Source: Candidatus Zixiibacteriota bacterium
Lineage (GTDB): Bacteria > Zixibacteria > MSB-5A5 > WJJR01
NCBI GenBank assembly: GCA_036170655.1
Contig: JAVHPP010000005.1
Coordinates: 1 to 22,706 of the forward strand
Length of the DNA: 22,706 nt
Reading direction: 5' to 3'
Position numbers and translations under genes: made by a program
In this document: positions 15,853-22,706 of the stretch, piece by piece
How the letters are laid out: every line of letters begins with the position of its first letter
How positions within the stretch are numbered: position 1 is the first letter of the stretch
The notes under the pieces: model-generated
The model's input: the letters and a program-made list of their open reading frames with translations, nothing else
The model's database searches: none
Told to the model about the DNA's origin: nothing

Positions 15853-18252
15853 GTGCCAGTCGTCGAAGCCCAACCAGAGACTCAGGTTACCGCGCCGCAA
15901 GAACTCGAGCAGTTGCCGCTTCTGCCCACCAAGGGGACAGTGGTCTTCCCCGCGATGGTGGTCCCGCTTCTGGTCACCGAGCAGAAGTACGCCCGGCTGA
16001 TCGACCAGACCCTGATGCGCGGACGGCTGATCGGGCTGGTGGCGCAGAAGGACCCCGAGCGGGACAATCCGTTGGCCGACGAGATGCACCATGTCGGAAC
16101 GGTCGGTTCGATCCTGAAGATGCTGCGTTTCCCCGATGGATCGGTCCGCTTCCTCGTCCAGGGGATGGCGCGGTTCTCGGTGCGCGAGATTGTCCGTCAC
16201 GAACCGTTCGTCGTGGCGCGGATTGAGACGTACGAGGACAAACTGGAACGCACGGTGCCCATCGAAGCCATCGTCCGCAACGCGCTGGAACTGCTGAAAA
16301 AGGCGGTCGAGTTGTCTCCGTATCTCTCGGAAGATCTCCAGGTCACGGCGATGAACACCGAGGAGCCGGGGAAGTTGGCCGACTTGATCGCTTCCAATCT
16401 CAACATTGTGACCGCCCAGAAACAGGCGGTCTTGGAGACGTTTGACGTCAAGGCGCGTCTCGAGCTGGTGATTTCGCTCATGAGCAAGGAAGTGGAAGTG
16501 CTTGAACTGTCTCGCAAGATTCAGTCCCAAGCGGCCCACGAGATGGGCAAGATGCAGAAGGAGTATATCCTGCGCGAACAATTGAAGGCGATCCAGAAAG
16601 AATTGGGCGAAGCCGACGACCATACCCAGGACATCGAGGAGTTCCGAGAGAAGATCAAGGCCGCCAACATGCCGGAGCTGGCCCGTGAAACGGCGGAAAA
16701 GGAACTCGACCGGCTGGAGAAAATGAACCCATCCTCGGCCGAGTACACGGTCAGCCGCACCTATCTTGACTGGTTGGTCGTGCTTCCCTGGGACAAGAAG
16801 ACAGAAGACGACCTTGACCTCGAGCACGCCCAGAAGATTCTGAACGAAGACCACTACGGGCTGGAGAAAGTCAAGGATCGCATTCTCGAATTTCTCGCGG
16901 TGCGCAAACTGAAGGAGTCAGTTAAGGGGCCGATCCTCTGTTTTGTCGGCCCCCCGGGCGTGGGCAAGACATCGTTGGGCCGTTCGATTGCCCGCACGAT
17001 GGGGCGTAAGTTTGAGCGAATCTCGCTGGGCGGCATGCACGATGAGGCGGAGATTCGCGGGCATCGCCGCACGTACGTCGGTGCCCTGCCGGGACGCATC
17101 ATCCAGAGTCTGCGCCGGGCGGGCGCAAGAAATCCGGTGATCATGCTGGATGAGGTCGACAAGATCGGCACCGACTTCCACGGCGATCCGGCATCCGCGC
17201 TGCTGGAAGTCCTCGATCCCGAGCAGAACAATTCATTCTCGGATCACTATCTCGATGTGCCGTTTGATCTGTCGTCGGTGATGTTCATTACCACGGCCAA
17301 CTTGCTCTATCCCATCCCGGCTGTTTTGCGTGACCGGATGGAGACCATCGAAATGCCGGGCTACACCGATTTGGAGAAGATCCAGATCGCCAAGCGTTAC
17401 CTGCTGCCGCGTGAACTGGACAACCATGGACTGAAGCGGAGCAATCTACTGCTGACCGACGATGCCCTTGGACGACTGCTGCGGGACTACACGCGTGAAT
17501 CCGGCGTGCGCAATCTTGGCCGGGAGATTGCTTCAGTCTGCCGCAAAGTGGCGCGTCAGGTGGCAACGGGCCATAGCGAGAAGGTCACGGTGCGTGGCGA
17601 CGATTTGCCGGATTACCTCGGACCGATCAAGTACATACCGGAATTGGTGGGGCGCGCGGCGCAAGTGGGGGTTGTCCCTGGGCTGGCTTGGACGTCGGCT
17701 GGGGGCGACATCATGTTTATTGAGGCCACCCGTATGCCTGGCAAGAAGGTGCTGACATACACGGGCCATCTCGGCGATGTCATGCGCGAGTCGGTCCAAG
17801 CCGCCTACTCCTGGGTACGGTCTAACCATCACAAGCTCGGCATCGATGCCAAGCTGTTCGATCGGTCCGACATCCATGTCCATGTCCCCTCCGGCGCCAC
17901 TCCCAAGGACGGCCCGTCTGCGGGGATCACTATGGCGACCGCGATCGCGTCGGTCTTCACTGGCCGTACCGTCGTGCCGAAGCTCAGCATGACTGGTGAA
18001 ATCACCCTGCGCGGGCTGGTGCTGCCCATCGGCGGCCTGAAAGAAAAGTCGCTGGCGGCGTACCGTGCCGGCATCAAGACCGTGCTGATTCCCAAGGACA
18101 ACGAGAAGGACCTGATTGACGTTCCTGCTGAAGTGAAGGAGAAGGTCCAGTTCATCCCGGTCGCCACGGTCGAAGAGGTGCTCGAACTGGCGCTGACCCC
18201 TGTCGCGAAGAAGCGGGCGTCCGGTACGACGCGTCACCGGGAGAGGGCGTAA
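15853..18252 (+). CDS. lon: ATP-dependent protease La (LonA)
   Basis: Lon N-domain, GPPGVGKTS, LDEVDK, RGHRRTYVGALPG, PKDGPSAG (Ser) and IGGLKEK (Lys). GTG start with SD. Confidence 0.97.
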   Translation: MPVVEAQPETQVTAPQELEQLPLLPTKGTVVFPAMVVPLLVTEQKYARLIDQTLMRGRLIGLVAQKDPERDNPLADEMHHVGTVGSILKMLRFPDGSVRFLVQGMARFSVREIVRHEPFVVARIETYEDKLERTVPIEAIVRNALELLKKAVELSPYLSEDLQVTAMNTEEPGKLADLIASNLNIVTAQKQAVLETFDVKARLELVISLMSKEVEVLELSRKIQSQAAHEMGKMQKEYILREQLKAIQKELGEADDHTQDIEEFREKIKAANMPELARETAEKELDRLEKMNPSSAEYTVSRTYLDWLVVLPWDKKTEDDLDLEHAQKILNEDHYGLEKVKDRILEFLAVRKLKESVKGPILCFVGPPGVGKTSLGRSIARTMGRKFERISLGGMHDEAEIRGHRRTYVGALPGRIIQSLRRAGARNPVIMLDEVDKIGTDFHGDPASALLEVLDPEQNNSFSDHYLDVPFDLSSVMFITTANLLYPIPAVLRDRMETIEMPGYTDLEKIQIAKRYLLPRELDNHGLKRSNLLLTDDALGRLLRDYTRESGVRNLGREIASVCRKVARQVATGHSEKVTVRGDDLPDYLGPIKYIPELVGRAAQVGVVPGLAWTSAGGDIMFIEATRMPGKKVLTYTGHLGDVMRESVQAAYSWVRSNHHKLGIDAKLFDRSDIHVHVPSGATPKDGPSAGITMATAIASVFTGRTVVPKLSMTGEITLRGLVLPIGGLKEKSLAAYRAGIKTVLIPKDNEKDLIDVPAEVKEKVQFIPVATVEEVLELALTPVAKKRASGTTRHRERA

Positions 18253-18338
18253 TCCGCGCGGCCTCGTGCACGGCGTACCCTTTGTGACTCCCAGTCGTGG
18301 GAGATGGTGATTTTTGCCATCGATAGCGATAAAACCAG

Positions 18339-18367
18339 TTGACACCTTTCGCGGCACCTTCTACGAT
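18339..18367 (+). promoter_or_regulatory. Sigma70-type promoter
   Basis: TTGACA-17 nt-TACGAT, upstream of the radical SAM cluster. Confidence 0.7.
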
Positions 18368-18439
18368 TCCTTTTAGCAGCTGATCGAGGCTGCGACCTTG
18401 TACACAACAGATTGATTATAGAAAGAGGTCGTCTCAGCG

Positions 18440-18835
18440 ATGATTGCCGCTGCCGCCCGCATCAACTTGCTTTTGGCGTGGTTGTGGATCGTTGCTGGTA
18501 TCGCCTTCGGCTTTTTTCTGGGGACCAACTTCCATCGTGACGACTGGTTGGGAGGGTACACCAGCTTCAAACGGCGTCTCTACCGGCTGGCGCACATCTC
18601 CTTCTTCGGGCTGGCGATCATCAATCTTCTGTTCTACTTCACGGTGCGGCTCTTACCCGTTTTTGGGGGCACACTTGAACTTGCGTCGTGGGGGTGCATT
18701 GTCGGCGCGCTGACGATGCCGGCGTGCTGTTTTCTGGTGGCGCACGTCCCACGCTTGCGGCCAGTCTTCCTGATCCCGGTGCTCAGTCTTCTCACGTCGA
18801 GTGTGCTCACGTTTCTGGAGCTGCTAAAGTCATGA
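18440..18835 (+). CDS. Four-helix membrane protein
   Basis: Hydrophobic segments, RRLYRLAH motif, ATGA overlap with the radical SAM gene. Confidence 0.8.
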   Translation: MIAAAARINLLLAWLWIVAGIAFGFFLGTNFHRDDWLGGYTSFKRRLYRLAHISFFGLAIINLLFYFTVRLLPVFGGTLELASWGCIVGALTMPACCFLVAHVPRLRPVFLIPVLSLLTSSVLTFLELLKS

Positions 18836-20169
18836 AAATCGGCCTGATCGCCATGAGTGGGGTGCGCGCCCACAATGACGAGCTCACGCAACTGGGGCTA
18901 ACGCTGCCCGGCTTTGTCGACCGCAACCGCATCATCGCCTCGCTTCCCAGTCTCTCCCTGCTCACTCTTGCCGCACTGACGCCCGAACGGCATGAGATTG
19001 AGTACAAGGAGATCGCCGATCTGAAGCAGGAGACCGCTCTCCCGGATCATTACGATCTGGTCGCCATCAGTTCGTATTCAGCGCAGATCAACGAAGCCTA
19101 TGATCTGGCCGATCGCTACCGCGCCCAGGGAATCCCGGTCGTCATGGGCGGGCTGCATGTCTCCTCGCTCCCCGATGAAGCCGCCGCGCACTGCACGACT
19201 GTCGCCGTCGGTGAGGGCGAGGATGTCTGGCCGCAAGTGCTCAGTGACTTTGAGAGGGGGAGGCTCAAACCACGCTATGTGCAGACACCGCCCGGCGGTT
19301 ATGACCTGGCCAGCGCGCCGCTCCCGCGCTTCGATCTCCTCGATCCGGGGCAGTATAATCGCATCACCGTCCAGACCAGCCGTGGCTGCCCGCATCGTTG
19401 CGACTTCTGCGCCAGTTCGATTCTTCTGACTCCCCATTACAAGCTCAAGCCGGTTCCCCGAGTCATCGCGGAGATCGATGCGATCAGACAGGTGTGGGAC
19501 AAGCCATTCATTGAATTTGCCGACGACAACAGCTTCGTCGATTACGGGCACTACAAGGAACTGTTGCGCGCACTTGCCGGGCGTGATCTGCGGTGGTTCA
19601 CCGAGGCCGATCTCGCCGTCGCCAACGATGACGAACTTCTGGGCCTGATGCGTGATTCCGGCTGCCAGCAGATTCTTGTCGGGCTGGAGAGTCCGCGTGC
19701 CGTGAGTCTCGACGGGATTGAACTGAATGCCAACTGGAAGATGAAGCAGCGCGACCGCTACCTGTCGGCCATTACCAAGATTCAATCCTACGGGATCACC
19801 GTGAACGGATGCTTCATTCTCGGACTGGATGGCGACACACCGGATATCTTTGAGGAGGTCTGGAACTTCGTCCGGGAATCCGCGCTCTACGAAGTCCAGA
19901 TTACGATCATGACAGCGTTCCCGGGGACGCCGCTCTACAATCGCCTGAGGGGCGAGGGCCGCATCATTCGCGACGGCGCCTGGGAGCTATGCACGCTCTT
20001 CGACATCAACTTCACGCCGAAGAATATGAGCACTGGCGACTTGCAACGGGGATTCCTCTGGCTGGCGAAGACTTTGTACTCGGATAACGTGACCAAGGAC
20101 AGGCGCCGGAAATTCCGGCGGATGCTGAGGACGTCTCCCCATTGGAGGAGAGGACGCCAGATCAAATAG
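18832..20169 (+). CDS. B12-binding domain radical SAM protein
   Basis: PSLSLLTLAALTP, VVMGGLH..GEGE (B12 domain), SRGCPHRCDFC, FADDN, GLES, FPGTPLY. Start re-called to MKIGLIAM. Confidence 0.93.
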   Translation: MKIGLIAMSGVRAHNDELTQLGLTLPGFVDRNRIIASLPSLSLLTLAALTPERHEIEYKEIADLKQETALPDHYDLVAISSYSAQINEAYDLADRYRAQGIPVVMGGLHVSSLPDEAAAHCTTVAVGEGEDVWPQVLSDFERGRLKPRYVQTPPGGYDLASAPLPRFDLLDPGQYNRITVQTSRGCPHRCDFCASSILLTPHYKLKPVPRVIAEIDAIRQVWDKPFIEFADDNSFVDYGHYKELLRALAGRDLRWFTEADLAVANDDELLGLMRDSGCQQILVGLESPRAVSLDGIELNANWKMKQRDRYLSAITKIQSYGITVNGCFILGLDGDTPDIFEEVWNFVRESALYEVQITIMTAFPGTPLYNRLRGEGRIIRDGAWELCTLFDINFTPKNMSTGDLQRGFLWLAKTLYSDNVTKDRRRKFRRMLRTSPHWRRGRQIK

Positions 20170-20182
20170 GAGGGATTGCGCT

Positions 20183-20587
20183 ATGACGCTGAAAGGGGTC
20201 AAGAGGTTGTTCATGGTCGCGGCGGTATACGACCTGATCTTGGGGTTTGTTTTCGCGCTATTCTACAAGCCGATCTACAACGGCTTCGGCGTGGCATTGC
20301 CCAACCACGCCGGTTACATCCAGCTTGCCGCGGCGCATATCTTCATCTTTGGCATCGGGTTCTATCTTGTTGCACAGAATCCGCAGCGCAACCGCTCCGT
20401 GATCACGCTGGGAATCTTGATGAAGCTGGCCTTTGTTGGCGTTGCGTTCGGCCATCTGATCGCCGACACCATCCCGGTGTTCTATGTGCCGTTTGCGGCG
20501 CTGGACCTCATCTTTCTGGTATTGTTCCTGATTGCCAATGGGGCCACCAAGCCGGAGACCTACGCTTCGGCGAAGATGGCCGCGTGA
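20183..20587 (+). CDS. Four-helix membrane protein
   Basis: SD GGAGG, four hydrophobic helices, 13 nt after the radical SAM stop. Confidence 0.8.
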   Translation: MTLKGVKRLFMVAAVYDLILGFVFALFYKPIYNGFGVALPNHAGYIQLAAAHIFIFGIGFYLVAQNPQRNRSVITLGILMKLAFVGVAFGHLIADTIPVFYVPFAALDLIFLVLFLIANGATKPETYASAKMAA

Positions 20588-20641
20588 GATCTGAGGCAGT
20601 GGAATAGTCTGCATTGATATGTCAAGCAAGGGAGGGTTGAT

Positions 20642-20812
20642 ATGGGAAGCGGAAAAAACTGGTATGGCGCGGGTGTGGTGCTGTTGATTCTGGCAATGGT
20701 CGATCTTGCATTCCTCGATTATGCCAATCACACGGCCTACGCGCAGATGGTCGGCATCTGGGCGCTGGTGTGTTTTGTGCTGGGATTGCGGGCGGAACTG
20801 AAGGCAAAGTAG
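20642..20812 (+). CDS. Small 56-aa two-helix membrane protein
   Basis: SD GGGAGG. Reads MGSGKNWYGAGVVLLILAMVDLAFLDYANHTAYAQMVGIWALVCFVLGLRAELKAK*. Below ORF-track cutoff. Confidence 0.7.
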   Translation: MGSGKNWYGAGVVLLILAMVDLAFLDYANHTAYAQMVGIWALVCFVLGLRAELKAK

Positions 20813-20829
20813 CGCGATCATCGTGTCAC

Positions 20830-20900
20830 TGCAGGGGCGGGTCTCAGACCCGCCCTGCCCTTGCTGAGGCGAACGGGCGGGTTTGAAACCCGCCCCTACA
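20830..20900. repeat. REP doublet (REPIN-like), GTAG type
   Basis: GCAG-gggcgggtctcagacccgccc (20831-20855) and inverted gggcgggtttgaaacccgccc-CTAC (20875-20899). Confidence 0.8.
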
Positions 20901-20916
20901 CGTCGGCCTTGCGCGC

Positions 20917-21621
20917 ATGCTCAATACCTCACGACCGCCGTTCGAAACACCCGGCGCCACCCTGTCGCCGCGCCTCTGGCTGCCGCGCGCGGTCCTGCTT
21001 TTGGCCGCTTTGCTGATGATTCTCGCGCTGTTTGGGATTTACCTCAATTACCGGCCGCTCCCATTTGATCCCGTGGGATGGCAGAATTCCAATGGCATCG
21101 CGCGCGGACGGATGTTGAAGTCCCTGCTGGCGCAGACCAGATTTGTGGGTTTCCCGCGTGCCGAGGTGGAGCACTACCTCGGCCCCGCCGACTTCGATGA
21201 CCGTCAAATCTGGTATGACCTTGGTCCCGCCGATGACATTTCATCCACCGATCCACGCGCGGCCGTGGGAGAGCCAGGTCGGCTTTATGGTGTTTTCGCA
21301 TATGATAAGGCCGGGGCAATCAAAGAGGTGCTCTACAACCATCGCCGTCCAATCTTGGGATCACGACCGTTTGACTCGACCGGCTGGTTCGGCCCGGATC
21401 GGAAGGCCCGCCGTGCCATGTTTACCCATGCCCTGGGCCGTCTGCGGGAACTCGGCCTGACCCGTCCAGAAACTCTGGGTATGCTGGGGAGGCCCGACGG
21501 GGAGCGCGTGCGAGGCCAGTACGACATTGGGCGTGGCGGCGCCATCTTTGGCCGGCACAGAGCGCTGATTCTCGAATACGACGTCGGGGATTCGGTGCAG
21601 GCGTCGTTCGTGGCGGAGTGA
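20917..21621 (+). CDS. Membrane-anchored protein with two tandem BamE/SmpA-like repeats
   Basis: N-terminal TM helix; twice FD..GW...AR..M...G..R.E....LG..D. Confidence 0.65.
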   Translation: MLNTSRPPFETPGATLSPRLWLPRAVLLLAALLMILALFGIYLNYRPLPFDPVGWQNSNGIARGRMLKSLLAQTRFVGFPRAEVEHYLGPADFDDRQIWYDLGPADDISSTDPRAAVGEPGRLYGVFAYDKAGAIKEVLYNHRRPILGSRPFDSTGWFGPDRKARRAMFTHALGRLRELGLTRPETLGMLGRPDGERVRGQYDIGRGGAIFGRHRALILEYDVGDSVQASFVAE

Positions 21622-21709
21622 GATCTTCCCGCATCTCTTCTCAGCAAACATCCACTTCAACGAACTTTATTACGTTCGAGTCAATCAAAGTGTGTTCCCC
21701 CATAAGCCC

Positions 21710-22615
21710 TCAGGACTTACTCGATTGCTCCGCAAGCGATTGCACTTCCGACTGATCGAGTCTTGGAATCGCCTGACGGTGACGTCGCGTTTTGGCAAAG
21801 GTCCGCAGACTCAAGCCTGCTCCCAGAAGAGCCAGAAGCACGGTGAGACTCACGAGGATCGTCGGCGCCGCGGGGAGATCCAACTGGACTGAGGCGAGCA
21901 GCCCGACTAAACTCCCGACAAAGCCGAAGATCCAGCCGATGGTCAGCGCCCACCCGGGTTTTTCTGTGGCCATGAGCCCTGCCACCGCCGGGATCACCAG
22001 GAACCCGAAGACGAGGAGCACTCCCGCGATCTGGACAGACGAGGTCACGACGAATCCGAATATCGCGTAGAAAACAAAGTCCCAGAAGAAGAGATTGCGG
22101 CCCCGCCCGCGCGCTCCGGCTGCGTCAGTAGTAATCTCGAAGAAGGGTTTGCGCAGCAGGAAGTGCGCCACGCCGATCAAGGTGTAGAGTATGGCGGTTT
22201 TGGCGATGTGTGATGGATTGACCGTGAAGAGACTGCCGACCAGAGTCTCCTTCAGGTGCTCCGGTCCCGCCGGACTTTTTTCGAGCACCAGGAAGACCGC
22301 CGCCTGCGCGGTGGCGAAAACGATCCCGATAAATGCCTCTAAGGGTGCGCTGCGTTCTTGGCCACGCAACCAGGCGAATACGGCAGCACCCACCCACGTC
22401 ATTCCCAGGGCGAGCAGGTAGGTGAAGGTACCGCTTTCATGTACTTGAAGGACCAATGAAACCGCAACACCGAGAGCCGCCATTTGGGCCAGAGCGAGAT
22501 CGACAAAAATCACGCCACGGCGAACGATGTGAAATCCCAAATAGGCGTGGATCCCGGCCAGAATGAGGCTGGCCACCAACGCGGTCCAAAAGAATGGAAG
22601 TGCGAACGCGTCCAT
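21710..22615 (-). CDS. Metal (Zn/Mn/Fe) ABC transporter permease
   Basis: HAYLGFHIVRRGVIFVDLALAQMAALG and VVTSSVQIAGVLLVFGFLVIPA (ABC-3 family). Confidence 0.9.
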   Translation of the reverse strand: MDAFALPFFWTALVASLILAGIHAYLGFHIVRRGVIFVDLALAQMAALGVAVSLVLQVHESGTFTYLLALGMTWVGAAVFAWLRGQERSAPLEAFIGIVFATAQAAVFLVLEKSPAGPEHLKETLVGSLFTVNPSHIAKTAILYTLIGVAHFLLRKPFFEITTDAAGARGRGRNLFFWDFVFYAIFGFVVTSSVQIAGVLLVFGFLVIPAVAGLMATEKPGWALTIGWIFGFVGSLVGLLASVQLDLPAAPTILVSLTVLLALLGAGLSLRTFAKTRRHRQAIPRLDQSEVQSLAEQSSKS

Positions 22616-22621
22616 GTTGTC

Positions 22622-22706
22622 CTATCTGCCGCCTATGTCGCCGGTCGGCACGGCCATCAATTGGAAGATCCGGTGAATGTGATCGAGATAGCTCCCGTCT
22701 TGTTCT
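22622..22706 (-). CDS. 3' end of upstream gene, probably the metal ABC substrate-binding protein (partial)
   Basis: Reads EQDGSYLDHIHRIFQLMAVPTGDIGGR*, ending 6 nt before the permease start. Identity is inferred from context. Confidence 0.5.
   Translation of the reverse strand, partial: EQDGSYLDHIHRIFQLMAVPTGDIGGR

Noticed and set aside
15751..16854. 367-aa and other minus-strand ORFs over lon
   Set aside because: Antisense shadows of a well-conserved gene.
18688..18831. Long N-terminal extensions in the ORF track (also at 10903, 10990 and 12504)
   Set aside because: They overlap neighbouring genes or promoters; family homology and SD or ATGA coupling support the downstream starts.
2733..20169. 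Single biosynthetic cluster joining the type III PKS and the radical SAM gene
   Set aside because: About 15 kb apart and separated by unrelated housekeeping genes.

Overview
GC-rich bacterial chromosomal window. A secreted cohesin-like/Cys-flanked dockerin protein and an orphan GlmL-like gene suggest an anaerobic FCB-group lineage such as Zixibacteria (inference only). Left end (1-1980): 3' end of a WYL/WCX regulator, then a UDG-superfamily-like gene, an abutting GIY-YIG nuclease gene and an unknown protein, together a candidate defence or DNA-damage cassette. Next come two tandem MITE-like nested-palindrome elements (2054-2640), a type III PKS, a TPR protein, TrmO, a small unannotated membrane ORF and a Zn-ribbon protein. 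A minus-strand operon follows: glmL-like, MNT antitoxin, triple-frameshifted HEPN toxin, conserved 375-aa partner. The middle holds a dockerin protein, an EamA transporter, a TIGR01777 oxidoreductase followed by a bacterial Janus/Ocnus (PHPT1 phosphohistidine phosphatase)-like protein, a divergent YchF and hsp20-lon. The right end has a B12-radical SAM gene flanked by small membrane proteins and a metal ABC transporter. Several REP-like palindromes are present. No rRNA, tRNA, CRISPR array or transposase was seen. All calls come from motif reading by eye; no searches were run.
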